In this document: piece after piece, positions 10,509 through 20,905 of the stretch
Position numbering within the stretch: the first letter of the stretch is position 1
Layout of the letters: every line of letters starts with the position of its first letter
Origin: Alphaproteobacteria bacterium
Lineage (GTDB): Bacteria; Pseudomonadota; Alphaproteobacteria; Rs-D84; CACZYB01
Reading direction: 5' to 3'
DNA length: 64,000 nt
Assembly: GCA_017938435.1 (NCBI GenBank)
Contig: JAGBBO010000008.1
Coordinates: 143,344-207,343, forward strand
Notes under the pieces: model-generated
The model's database searches: none
What the model saw: the letters and a program-made list of their open reading frames with translations, nothing else
Told to the model about the DNA's origin: nothing
Program-made: the position numbers and the translations under genes

Positions 10509-11382
10509 AGGATATATTTTAGCAATACTTGCTGTATTATTTTGGAGTTTTAATGTTATTGTTGCAAAATATTTTGCCAACACATTTACACCATGGCAAA
10601 TATCATTTTACAGATGGTTTTTTGCTTCGATATGTTTAATACCTTTTACCTTAGGTGATATTATAAAAAAGCACGATATTATTTTCAAAAATTTTAAAAT
10701 TATTTTTTGGCTTTCAATAACAGGAATAGTTTTAATGAATACTTTTTCTTATATCGCAGGAGATACAATATCTGCTGTGGAAATGTCACTTATTGGTGTA
10801 ATGGGTCCTGTTTTTATTGTAATACTTTCCAGAATTTTTTACGATATTCATATTTCATTAAGGCAAGTTTGGGGAATAATAATTTCATTTATTGGAGTAA
10901 TTGCAATAGTTTTACATGGAAAATTTTTATCAAGTAATTTTGCATTCAAAATAGGGGATTTATGGATGCTAATGCTTGCCTTGTCATTTGGAATATATAG
11001 TGTAATTATGATAAAAAGGCCAAAAGAAATTTCTCAAACCACATTGCTTTCTTGTATAATACTTTTAGGAACAACTATTATTTTACCATTTTTTCTTTGG
11101 GACAGTTTTCATCATCCAGTATGTGATAAATGGAATTTAATTTCTGTTGGAGCCCTTCTTTATATGGGTATTTTTAATTCTGTATTATCTTATTTATTTT
11201 GGAATATCTCTCTTGATACTATTGGCAGTTTAAAAGCAAGTGTAATTTACTACCTTATGCCAATTTTTAGTTCTATTGAGGCGTATTTTCTACTCAATGA
11301 AGAAATATATAAGGCTCAAATTTATGGAGGGATTTTAGTTTTAATAGGAATTTACTTAACCAATGAAAAGAAAAAATCATAA
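10492..11382 (+). CDS. EamA/DMT-family transporter
   Basis: 296 aa with ~10 hydrophobic helices arranged as two EamA-like halves. Overlaps the preceding stop by 17 nt. Confidence 0.7.
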   Translation: MISKTKGYILAILAVLFWSFNVIVAKYFANTFTPWQISFYRWFFASICLIPFTLGDIIKKHDIIFKNFKIIFWLSITGIVLMNTFSYIAGDTISAVEMSLIGVMGPVFIVILSRIFYDIHISLRQVWGIIISFIGVIAIVLHGKFLSSNFAFKIGDLWMLMLALSFGIYSVIMIKRPKEISQTTLLSCIILLGTTIILPFFLWDSFHHPVCDKWNLISVGALLYMGIFNSVLSYLFWNISLDTIGSLKASVIYYLMPIFSSIEAYFLLNEEIYKAQIYGGILVLIGIYLTNEKKKS

Positions 11383-11949
11383 TTGATTTTTCTTTATAAT
11401 ATCAATAACTTCCAAGATACATTTTTCCAAATTATCGTTTACAACCTGATAATCGAATACATCCTTATTCGCCATTTCGAATTCGGCATTTTTAAGTCTA
11501 ATTCTGATATCTTCGGGATTTGTTTCTGTTCCTCGTAATTTCATACGCTTTTGCAATTCATCCATAGAAGGTGGAGATATAAAAATACCAATAAGTTTAT
11601 ATTTTGAAAAATCCAATGTTGATTGAAGACTTTTATACCCCTGAATATCAACCTGAATAATAATATCTTTGTCCTTTGGGATATCGTTATAAATAGAAGA
11701 TTTTTGGATACCCTTATAATCAGTATGGACCAAAGCCCATTCAAAAAAATCTCCATTTTCTATTTTCTTAATAAATTCATCTTTTGTATAGAAATGATAA
11801 TCTATTCCATCAATTTCATCTGGACGGGGAGGGCGTGATGTAGAAGTAACAACTTTGACCAAATTAAGTTCGGGAATCTGCAATAATCTACGCATTATTG
11901 TGTCTTTTCCGGTATTAGAAGGTCCTGCTATAACAAAAATTCTTTGCAT
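11377..11949 (-). CDS. gmk: Guanylate kinase
   Basis: 190 aa. P-loop GPSNTGKDT and TSRPPRPDEIDGIDYHF (canonical T-R-x-x-R-x-x-E-x-x-G-x-x-Y-x-F). Confidence 0.9.
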   Translation of the reverse strand: MQRIFVIAGPSNTGKDTIMRRLLQIPELNLVKVVTSTSRPPRPDEIDGIDYHFYTKDEFIKKIENGDFFEWALVHTDYKGIQKSSIYNDIPKDKDIIIQVDIQGYKSLQSTLDFSKYKLIGIFISPPSMDELQKRMKLRGTETNPEDIRIRLKNAEFEMANKDVFDYQVVNDNLEKCILEVIDIIKKNQL

Positions 11950-12039
11950 ATTTAAATTTTCTCCTTATTTTTTACTTGAAATAAATATTTTTTATTATAT
12001 AATACCCATTACTAAAAGTCAAAACAAAAGGAATTTATT

Positions 12040-12264
12040 ATGAAAAAAGGTATTCATCCTAAATATAACGAATATGATGTAATTCTTACAACAGGTGAAG
12101 TTGTAAAGATGCGTTCTACTTTGGAAAGAAAAGAACCACTTAAACTTGATATTGATCCAAATACACATCCTGCTTGGACTGGTAAAAGAAGTTTGAACGA
12201 TATCGGTGGTGGTGCTGCTGATAAATTTAAAAAGAAATTTGCTGGCTTTACAAAGAAGGCATAG
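12040..12264 (+). CDS. rpmE: 50S ribosomal protein L31
   Basis: 74 aa starting MKKGIHPKY. Confidence 0.9.
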   Translation: MKKGIHPKYNEYDVILTTGEVVKMRSTLERKEPLKLDIDPNTHPAWTGKRSLNDIGGGAADKFKKKFAGFTKKA

Positions 12265-12293
12265 TCTTTATATTTAATAGAAAAGTTGAAAAG

Positions 12294-12321
12294 TCCCTTG
12301 AGTAATTTCAAGGGATTTTTT
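12294..12321 (+). terminator. Rho-independent terminator after rpmE
   Basis: 8-bp stem TCCCTTGA/TCAAGGGA with a 6-nt loop, followed by T6. Confidence 0.75.
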
Positions 12322-12462
12322 GTATATATTTTTATAACTTTATACAAAAAGCCGGTTTAAATTTAATATTTTTTAAAAATTTTTCAAAATAATCCTTGTT
12401 AAGACTCTATTTTTATGATATTATATAATAAATATTCACAAATAGGGTGGGGAAATGTCATA

Positions 12463-13218
12463 ATGGATACTAATAATCCTTTGCAAAAAGTTTCATATAT
12501 AGAAAAGATTATTGAACTTTCAACTTATTTAAAAATGTCTGGGAACAGTGAACTTATTGAACACAGTTCCGAAGTTGCTCAACTTGCACGAATGATTTTA
12601 AAGAATCTAAAAAAATCTCCTGTGAAAATTGATGATAAGACTAAAAATATTATGAAATATATGGACATTGATACACTTGCCGATGTTTATGAACTCCATG
12701 ATTTGGGAAAAATTTTTATTCCTGATGAAATTTTAAATAAACCTGGTCGTCTTAACGAGCAAGAATTTCATTATGTTTACAAACATCCTGAAAACGTGAA
12801 AAAGGTTCTTGATCATCATGAATTTAATGAAAATAGTAAAGCTATGCAGTTGTTATATGATACAACTTTGCTTATTTCGATGGAACATCATGAAAATTTT
12901 GATGGTTCGGGATACCCAAGACACCTTAAGGGGGAAGAAATTTCGATTCTTGGGCGAATCGCAAGGGTGGCTGATGTTATTTCTGCGCTTATGGGGCATA
13001 GATGTTATAATAGAGAATTTAATTCTTTTGAATCAATTACGAATTATCTTGTAAAAAATAAAGGAGCGTTGTTTGATCCGCATATTGTCGATATAGTAGT
13101 TAATAATATTGAAAATGAGAACAGGCTTTCTATAACTAAGAAAAGAATTCTTGATGTTTTTGATATAAGAAATGAGATAAACAAAATAACAAAACGCATT
13201 AACGCGAAATCTAGGTAA
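12463..13218 (+). CDS. HD-GYP domain protein (putative c-di-GMP phosphodiesterase or related metal-dependent phosphohydrolase)
   Basis: HDLGK, then HHENFDGSGYP (the GYP motif), then ARVADV. An alternative start is at 12415. Confidence 0.75.
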   Translation: MDTNNPLQKVSYIEKIIELSTYLKMSGNSELIEHSSEVAQLARMILKNLKKSPVKIDDKTKNIMKYMDIDTLADVYELHDLGKIFIPDEILNKPGRLNEQEFHYVYKHPENVKKVLDHHEFNENSKAMQLLYDTTLLISMEHHENFDGSGYPRHLKGEEISILGRIARVADVISALMGHRCYNREFNSFESITNYLVKNKGALFDPHIVDIVVNNIENENRLSITKKRILDVFDIRNEINKITKRINAKSR

Positions 13219-13305
13219 AATAATAACTGTTGATTTTATTCTTTTATCTTATACAATTTATCAAGGACTAAAGTTAATAAAAGCTGGGCAGGGAAGATGA
13301 ATATA

Positions 13306-13333
13306 CAAACAAACAAACAAACACACACACAAA
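13306..13333 (+). repeat. Simple-sequence tract (CAAA)4(CA)4CAAA, 3 nt upstream of the glycosyltransferase ATG
   Basis: Read directly: CAAA x4 (13306-13321), CA x4 (13322-13329), CAAA (13330-13333), then CCG ATG. Confidence 0.95.
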
Positions 13334-13336
13334 CCG

Positions 13337-14440
13337 ATGTCCTCAAATTCTAATGTAAAAAAGAAGATTGTATTTTTTGTTAGTTTAGTTAGTTTTGGTG
13401 GGGTTGAAAGTGTATTTTCTCAAATAATTTTAGACTTTTATAAAAAATATGATATTTATGTCATCCAAAAAAGAAAGTTTCCTGAAAATTTTAAAATCCT
13501 TTTTGATGAATTGAATATAAAATATTTGAGTTGTAATTCCACGAAATTTCGAGGATATAATATTTTAAATATATTGTATCAATATTGGATTAAACGTCCA
13601 TTTATAATTCCTCGCAAAATAAGAAAAATAAATCCTGATATTATTATTGATTACAAAAATGGTTGCTGTGAATGTTTTTCAAAGCGTTTGAAAAAGTATC
13701 CTAAAATTCTGTTTATTCATGGTTATGGTATTTTTCCTAAAATTTCATTATATGATAAGGTCGTTTTATTAACCAAAGCACATAGAAACGAATTTATAGA
13801 ATTGTATCCTAAATACAAAGATAAATTTGTTCAAATTTATAATCCAATAGATAAGGATAATATACTAAAACTTTCAAATGAAAAAATACCTGAAAAGTTT
13901 AAAAATTGTTTCATTTCTGTTTCTCGATTAAATGAAAAAAATAAAGATATAAGAACTTTGATTGATGCATATGAAAATTTTGTAAAAAATACGAAAAGTA
14001 AAACTAAACTTTTAATTATTGGTGATGGAAAGGATAGGGAGTCCCTTGAAAACTATGCATTAACAAAAAGTTCAAAAAAACAAATTATTTTTATTGGTAA
14101 AAAATCAAATCCTTTTGCTTATATGAAAAACGCAAAGGCATTGATACTTTCTACAAAAGATGGCGAGGGATTAGGAATGGTTTTGCTTGAAAATTTGATT
14201 TGTTCGAATGGTGTAACTGTATCATCAGATTGTAAATATGGACCAAGAGAAGTTCTTTTGGAGGGAAAGTGTGGTTATCTTTTTCAAATAGGAGATAAAG
14301 AAAAACTTGCAAAAATTTTAACCGATATTGATTGTGGTAAAATCACAAGAAAACAATTTGAAAAGAATATTCAAAAATCATTAAAACGATTTGAAGGAGA
14401 AACAGTTTCTAAACAAATTGAAAAGTTAATAGAGCAATAG
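13337..14440 (+). CDS. GT4-type (GT-B fold) glycosyltransferase
   Basis: 367 aa. The C-terminal half has ...SRL.E.KNKDI..LIDAY... and EGLGMVLLENL (EX7E-type motif) typical of family 1/4 glycosyltransferases. No SD precedes this ATG. Confidence 0.7.
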   Translation: MSSNSNVKKKIVFFVSLVSFGGVESVFSQIILDFYKKYDIYVIQKRKFPENFKILFDELNIKYLSCNSTKFRGYNILNILYQYWIKRPFIIPRKIRKINPDIIIDYKNGCCECFSKRLKKYPKILFIHGYGIFPKISLYDKVVLLTKAHRNEFIELYPKYKDKFVQIYNPIDKDNILKLSNEKIPEKFKNCFISVSRLNEKNKDIRTLIDAYENFVKNTKSKTKLLIIGDGKDRESLENYALTKSSKKQIIFIGKKSNPFAYMKNAKALILSTKDGEGLGMVLLENLICSNGVTVSSDCKYGPREVLLEGKCGYLFQIGDKEKLAKILTDIDCGKITRKQFEKNIQKSLKRFEGETVSKQIEKLIEQ

Positions 14441-14551
14441 TCTATCCATTTTTCTTTTGATAATTCCAAGCATCAAGACACATGTTTATATAAAAATCCC
14501 AGTCGCATAATGTATATTATGTATAATTTTTTAAATATAGAGAATATGGGT

Positions 14552-14587
14552 AAAAAAAATACCAAAGCCTTACAAAGAACTTTGGTA
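14552..14587 (-). terminator. Rho-independent terminator for the minus-strand gene 14613-14864
   Basis: 8-bp stem TACCAAAG/CTTTGGTA, followed on the minus strand by T8. Confidence 0.6.
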
Positions 14588-14612
14588 AAAATGTTTTGAT
14601 TCGATTGTTATA

Positions 14613-14864
14613 TTAAAGACTATTTATAAGTTCTTCATCACAAATAAATTTAAATCTTTCGTATGGCGTATTATTTGCCTTTATAATATCTAATGTCCTT
14701 ATATAATCATTCAAAAATAACAAATTTTTTGATTTATTCATTATAAGAATGTCGAATGATCCATTTGCATATTCAGAAAATAATTCAAGCGCAAAATTCT
14801 CCACAGAATTATCCATAGCTGGATCTACTTTCACTGGTTTTTGAGTAGTATATCTTTTTTTCAT
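14613..14864 (-). CDS. Hypothetical small protein
   Basis: GGGAGA SD before the ATG of MKKRYTTQKP... No motif recognised. Confidence 0.4.
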   Translation of the reverse strand: MKKRYTTQKPVKVDPAMDNSVENFALELFSEYANGSFDILIMNKSKNLLFLNDYIRTLDIIKANNTPYERFKFICDEELINSL

Positions 14865-14978
14865 ATCAGTTCTCCCAGTTGTAATCATGTCTATTATACG
14901 AAGAATAAAAAGATTTGTCAATTCCTAAATCTTAGTTGATAAAATTAAAGAAAACCCCGCCAAAACGACGGGATTTTG

Positions 14979-16016
14979 TTATTTTGCAAAGACTTCATTC
15001 AACTGGCGATTAACCTTGTAAAATGTTGCACATTTTGGAATATCTTTAAGTCTTCTTGCCCCAATATATGTCATTGCACTACGAATACCACCATAAACTT
15101 CCTCTATCTTTACAGCAACAGGACCAGTATATGGAATTTCGACAACTCTTCCCTCTGATGCTCGATATGAATTCATTTTTCCCCAATGTTTATTTTGTGC
15201 ATACTGGGAACTCATACCATAGAAAAGTTTTAATTCTTTATCATCACGCTTTATTACTTCGCCAGCAGCCTCCTTTGACCCAGCAAGCATTCCTCCAAGC
15301 ATAACAAAATCCGCACCACCAGCATATGCCTTTACAATATCACCTGGGCAAGTGCAACCACCATCTGCACAAATCATACCATTCATACCATGTGCAGCAT
15401 CGGCACACTCCATAACAGCAGAAAGTTGTGGACGACCAACCCCTGTAATTTTTCGTGTGATACATGCACTTCCCGGACCAATACCAACCTTTACCAAATC
15501 GGCACCGTTTAAAATAAGTTCCTGTGTCATATCACTTGTCACAACATTTCCTGCCATAATAAGGATATTATTATCATACTTTTCACGAAGTTTTTTAACA
15601 AATTTTGCAAGATTCGGAATATAACCATTCGCGATATCGACACAAACTTTATCTACTAATCCTGTATCAAGAATTTGGCAAGTTTTTGCAAATTCATCAT
15701 CCTTGATTCCTGTTGAAATAAAAACTAATTCATTATTTTTATTTGATTTTAAAAATGAAATTATTTCATCAACGGTATAATGTTTTTGAAGACATGTAAT
15801 ACCATTTAATTCAGTCATTGCCTTTGCCATTTCAAAAGTTCCAGTTGTAGCCATATTTGCAACGGTAATTCCCGTTGAATTCAAAGTATTTTTATAATAC
15901 TTAAATTTATAAGTTCTTATAATATCAGCTTCTTTTCTGGAATTTAAAGTTGTTCTTTTGGGTTGAATTAAAACATCACTATAATCAAGTTGGATATTAT
16001 CAATTATTGTAGTCAT
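14979..16016 (-). CDS. guaC: GMP reductase
   Basis: 345 aa IMPDH/GMPR-family barrel without a CBS insert. The N-terminus ...LDYSDVLIQPKRTTLNSR matches GuaC (F.DVLI.PKRS.L.SR). Also has GIGPGSACITR and a catalytic Cys loop. Confidence 0.8.
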   Translation of the reverse strand: MTTIIDNIQLDYSDVLIQPKRTTLNSRKEADIIRTYKFKYYKNTLNSTGITVANMATTGTFEMAKAMTELNGITCLQKHYTVDEIISFLKSNKNNELVFISTGIKDDEFAKTCQILDTGLVDKVCVDIANGYIPNLAKFVKKLREKYDNNILIMAGNVVTSDMTQELILNGADLVKVGIGPGSACITRKITGVGRPQLSAVMECADAAHGMNGMICADGGCTCPGDIVKAYAGGADFVMLGGMLAGSKEAAGEVIKRDDKELKLFYGMSSQYAQNKHWGKMNSYRASEGRVVEIPYTGPVAVKIEEVYGGIRSAMTYIGARRLKDIPKCATFYKVNRQLNEVFAK

Positions 16017-16166
16017 AAAAACTCCTTTCGTATTACTTTAAAAGCCTAGCAAAGCAGGTATAAAAACTCAAGATTTTAATTGTTTTTCTATAAAATATTT
16101 TAATTGACTCGAACTTGATTTTAAGGTATAATTTTCCTTACAATGTAAGAAAAAGAAGGAACTTAA

Positions 16167-16388
16167 ATGAATAGATTCGCTTATGCCACAGAAAAAGAAC
16201 TTGATGAATCGTCTGCTATAAGAAAAGAAATGATGTCTATGACTACTGAAGAAATTTCAAAGGAATTTGAAAAACTTAGAAGAATTGATCCTAATGCACA
16301 AAGGACTGCTTTGTTTTCAATGGAACTTCAGATGAGAATATTGTTGGAAAAGCGTAAAAAAGAGTTGGAAATATTTAAGTTAAGATAA
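16167..16388 (+). CDS. Hypothetical small charged, helical protein
   Basis: 73-aa ORF with an AAGGAA SD, followed by a strong terminator. Confidence 0.4.
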   Translation: MNRFAYATEKELDESSAIRKEMMSMTTEEISKEFEKLRRIDPNAQRTALFSMELQMRILLEKRKKELEIFKLR

Positions 16389-16414
16389 TTAAGTTGTTTG
16401 CAAAATTAAAAAAA

Positions 16415-16437
16415 CCTCCAGTTGGAGGTGTTTTTTT
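16415..16437. terminator. Bidirectional rho-independent terminator
   Basis: CCTCCA-GT-TGGAGG hairpin flanked by an A-run upstream and T7 downstream. Confidence 0.7.
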
Positions 16438-16606
16438 ATCCGTTTATTGAACAAGTGTTTTTGTATCCGCCAAAGATTCCCAGAAACCTTGGTTGGTGGC
16501 AAATTGTTTCAACCTCCCTTCCCTTATCATCATAAATATGTTCAATGGAAAGGTTTGTGCAAGCAGAAATGCTTAAAACAGCCAATAATAACAATATTTT
16601 TTTCAT
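16436..16606 (-). CDS. Small lipoprotein
   Basis: MKKILLLLAVLSISAC is a signal peptide with an L-S-A-C-type lipobox. 56 aa. Confidence 0.5.
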   Translation of the reverse strand: MKKILLLLAVLSISACTNLSIEHIYDDKGREVETICHQPRFLGIFGGYKNTCSING

Positions 16607-16666
16607 TTTATTCCTCTTTTTAACTGAAATTATTTTAGCATAAAGAGAAAATAAGAGCAAGAAAAA

Positions 16667-16717
16667 TCCCCAACCTTTTATTGATTGGGGAAAAATTCAA
16701 ACAAGCGCTTGAATTTT
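16667..16717. repeat. Copy 1 of a 51-bp intergenic double-hairpin element
   Basis: TCCCCAACCTTTTATTGATTGGGGAAAAATTCAAACAAGCGCTTGAATTTT. It is 49/51 identical to 18915-18965 in the same orientation and abuts the stop codon of the gene at 16716. Confidence 0.9.
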
Positions 16718-17573
16718 ATTTTTGTTTTGCACTTTCAATAAAACTTTTGAATAAATTCACACTTGGTTCATTATTTAATGTTGCCCAACGTTCAGGATGC
16801 CATTGAACACCAATAACGAAATCACTCCATGAATTTTTAGGTTCAATCGCTTCTACCATACCATCTGGTGCAGTTGCAACAACTTTTGCATTACCAAGAT
16901 TTTCTTTATCGACTACTTCGTGATGAACTGATGTAACCATAAAATCATTTTGTTTTACTACATCAAATAATTTGCTATTTTGATCAAGATGAACAGAATG
17001 AATAAATTTAGCACCACCTGGACGATGATTTATTTGGATATTTTCCTTATCTTTATTTATATTGGTTTTTATTTTTGCACCAAGATAACCTGCCAATGCC
17101 TGTTCTCCACCACAAATTCCAAGGACTGGAAGTTTGTTTGTTTCAGCATATTTAATCATAGATTGATATGCTTCATGACGTTTAAAATTTGAAATTTCTT
17201 TATCTAAATTAACATACCAATCGGCAGGGAAATCAAAATCTCCACCTATAAGCAAAATTGCCTGAGGTTTAAAATGCTCCAACTGTTCTTCTATTTTATC
17301 AAATGCAATAAATACAGGATAGCCACCAGCATTTTTTACCGCGTCGACATAAAAAGGAGTGATGAAATAATCCTTTTCCGCTCTTTCTGGGTTTTTCCAT
17401 TGCCCCAAAATTGTTGCAACAACAGGTTTATCCTGATTTTCTTCTTTTAATGTAATTTCAGGAACATTTTCAGTATTCAATACAGCATTAACACGATCTG
17501 CGGGTAAAGAATAGGATTGATAATCGTGCCCTTCATATTGCACCCTATCCATATTAAGATTTATATATTTCAT
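16716..17573 (-). CDS. Class-I glutamine-amidotransferase-like, peptidase C26 (gamma-glutamyl hydrolase / PuuD-like) protein
   Basis: 285 aa. LPVLGICGGEQAL (nucleophile Cys elbow) and VQWHPE (His-Glu of the triad). Confidence 0.7.
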   Translation of the reverse strand: MKYINLNMDRVQYEGHDYQSYSLPADRVNAVLNTENVPEITLKEENQDKPVVATILGQWKNPERAEKDYFITPFYVDAVKNAGGYPVFIAFDKIEEQLEHFKPQAILLIGGDFDFPADWYVNLDKEISNFKRHEAYQSMIKYAETNKLPVLGICGGEQALAGYLGAKIKTNINKDKENIQINHRPGGAKFIHSVHLDQNSKLFDVVKQNDFMVTSVHHEVVDKENLGNAKVVATAPDGMVEAIEPKNSWSDFVIGVQWHPERWATLNNEPSVNLFKSFIESAKQK

Positions 17574-17597
17574 TATATACCTCTATTACAGTTTAAT

Positions 17598-17876
17598 TTA
17601 ATAACCTCTAAATTTTTCACGAAAACGATCTAATTCTCTTTCTTGAAATCTGTTAATATAAAATCGATTTCCATCAGCAAGAGGAATATAAGATTTCCCA
17701 TTTTCATCAAAATCAACAACTGGAGTATGTGTATTATCAACTAATGCTTCAGAAGATGCATTACAAACTTTATAATACAATTTACCACAAGAACCATCAC
17801 CTTCATTTATTGTTTCACAAAATTCTAACGATGGTCTACCAATTATTTTTTTTACGATAGTTTTTATTATATTCAT
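17598..17876 (-). CDS. Hypothetical small protein with 4 Cys
   Basis: 92-aa ORF between the C26 and M15 genes on the same strand. No motif recognised. Confidence 0.4.
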   Translation of the reverse strand: MNIIKTIVKKIIGRPSLEFCETINEGDGSCGKLYYKVCNASSEALVDNTHTPVVDFDENGKSYIPLADGNRFYINRFQERELDRFREKFRGY

Positions 17877-17891
17877 AATAAGCCTCCATTA

Positions 17892-18797
17892 TTATCTTTC
17901 AGGATGTTTTGCATAACCATATTTTGCAACATACTTATTTGTTTTTTCACGAGTATTTTTCATCATTGCATACATTTGGTCTTTGTAATCAAAGTGCCAT
18001 GGTTCTTTTACATAATTTTCAAAACCTGCGGCTTTCATAACTGAATTTAACAATCTTCTATTTCTTAAACATGTTTCTTCTTGTTCAGTTAATTTTTCAC
18101 CATTTGCAAGTTTCTTTTCAAAATAATCTGTATTATAGTGGTCAACAACAAGGCTTTTGCCATTTTCATCCTTATATCCAGCAATAGTAATTGCAGATTT
18201 ATCACTACCAAAATCAGACCAAAGGAATGTATCAACCGCAGCACCTGTTGTATGAATCGGAGCTGTTTTTGGATTGTTTTCATCAAAATTTGTTGGGTCA
18301 GAACAAAGAATTTTTGCAATACGATATCCTTCTTCTTTATCACCACCAGCATTTGCAATTTCTCTATTAAGAATATTGTTCCAAAGTGCTTGTTGTGCTT
18401 CTATTGGCCTATATACATCTTTTATACGCAAACGAAGTTGCCCTCCAAGTTCTTTTGGATTGTCTTTTGTAATTGCACCTAAAAGCATATTAGCAAAAAT
18501 AATTTTTCTTAAAACAGATTCTCTTCCCCAAATATCTTTGGTTCTTGTTTCTGCTGATGGAAGTTTTGTTCTATCAAATCCTCTTAAATCATTTACTTCT
18601 AAATCCAATTTTTGTAAAGGTTCACTAAACAAAGGTGACTTTGTATCCACATCAATATCACTGTAATTTGTGGTAGTTTTTGTTGCATTAAAACCAATAT
18701 CAAGAGGTTCATTCATGCTATTTTTTAAATCATCAAATATCCAACCATTATAAATTAATTCAGCGTCGTCTTCAAAAATTGTGATTTTTTTATTCAT
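17892..18797 (-). CDS. Peptidase M15 family (VanX/DdpX-like D-Ala-D-Ala dipeptidase fold) with an N-terminal extension
   Basis: 301 aa. RIKDVYRPIEAQQALW, PIHTTGAAVD (H-x-x-G-x-A-x-D zinc ligands) and EPWHFDY (E-x-W-H). AAGGAG SD. Confidence 0.65.
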   Translation of the reverse strand: MNKKITIFEDDAELIYNGWIFDDLKNSMNEPLDIGFNATKTTTNYSDIDVDTKSPLFSEPLQKLDLEVNDLRGFDRTKLPSAETRTKDIWGRESVLRKIIFANMLLGAITKDNPKELGGQLRLRIKDVYRPIEAQQALWNNILNREIANAGGDKEEGYRIAKILCSDPTNFDENNPKTAPIHTTGAAVDTFLWSDFGSDKSAITIAGYKDENGKSLVVDHYNTDYFEKKLANGEKLTEQEETCLRNRRLLNSVMKAAGFENYVKEPWHFDYKDQMYAMMKNTREKTNKYVAKYGYAKHPER

Positions 18798-18849
18798 ATT
18801 TAACTCCTTGTTATGTTAAATTTTGATTCGTTTTTCGAATCGCTTGTTT

Positions 18850-18879
18850 ATTATATTAACAAAAAAAAAAAATTGTCAA
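18850..18879 (-). promoter_or_regulatory. Sigma70-type promoter with a T12 homopolymer in the spacer
   Basis: Minus strand reads TTGACA-a-T12-gttaa-TATAAT. Both hexamers are consensus and the spacer is 18 nt. It lies ~50 nt upstream of the M15 gene ATG. Confidence 0.6.
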
Positions 18880-18914
18880 GCTCTTAATTTTTTTTATAAA
18901 AAACCAAAAAAAAC

Positions 18915-18965
18915 TCCCCAACCTTTTATTGGTTGAGGAAAAATTCAAACAAGCGCTTGAATTTT
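18915..18965. repeat. Copy 2 of the 51-bp intergenic double-hairpin element
   Basis: TCCCCAACCTTTTATTGGTTGAGGAAAAATTCAAACAAGCGCTTGAATTTT. It lies between the ssb stop and the M15-operon promoter. Confidence 0.9.
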
Positions 18966-19024
18966 TGTAAAAGGCAAGAAAAAACCTCCCATCTAGGAGG
19001 CTTTTTGATTTAAAATCCAATTTA

Positions 19025-19474
19025 TTAGAATGGAATTTCATCATCGATATCACCAGATGGTGTTGAATTATCCCAACCAGCATCAGGTGAAGCGCCAGCA
19101 TCATCGGAACTAGAAAATTCACCAGATGTTTTATCAAGCATAATCATATATGCGTTGAAACCTGATAAAACAATTTCTGTTGAATATCTGTCTGCACCAG
19201 ATGCATCTTGCCATTTACGAGTGCGAAGTTGACCTTCTACATAAACTTTTGAACCTTTTTTCAAGTATTTTTCAGCAACTTCAGCAAGTCCAGGAGAAAA
19301 TATAACAACACGATGCCATTCTGTCCTATCCTTTCTTTCACCACTTTTATCTTTCCATGATTCAGATGTTGCAACATTGAATGTAACAATTTTGTTACCA
19401 TCTTGTGAATGTCTTACTTCTGGATCTCCACCAAGATTTCCAACTAAAATAACTTTATTTATTGATCCTGCCAT
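19025..19474 (-). CDS. ssb: Single-stranded DNA-binding protein
   Basis: 149 aa. [20 protein letters not shown]-fold N-terminus and an acidic tail ending DDEIPF. Confidence 0.95.
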   Translation of the reverse strand: MAGSINKVILVGNLGGDPEVRHSQDGNKIVTFNVATSESWKDKSGERKDRTEWHRVVIFSPGLAEVAEKYLKKGSKVYVEGQLRTRKWQDASGADRYSTEIVLSGFNAYMIMLDKTSGEFSSSDDAGASPDAGWDNSTPSGDIDDEIPF

Positions 19475-19533
19475 ATTATTTCTCCTTTTAAAAATTTTTG
19501 CCCATACTATATTTCAAGTATGGGCAGTTTTAG

Positions 19534-20898
<1,365 letters not shown>

Positions 20899-20905
20899 TT
20901 ATAGT

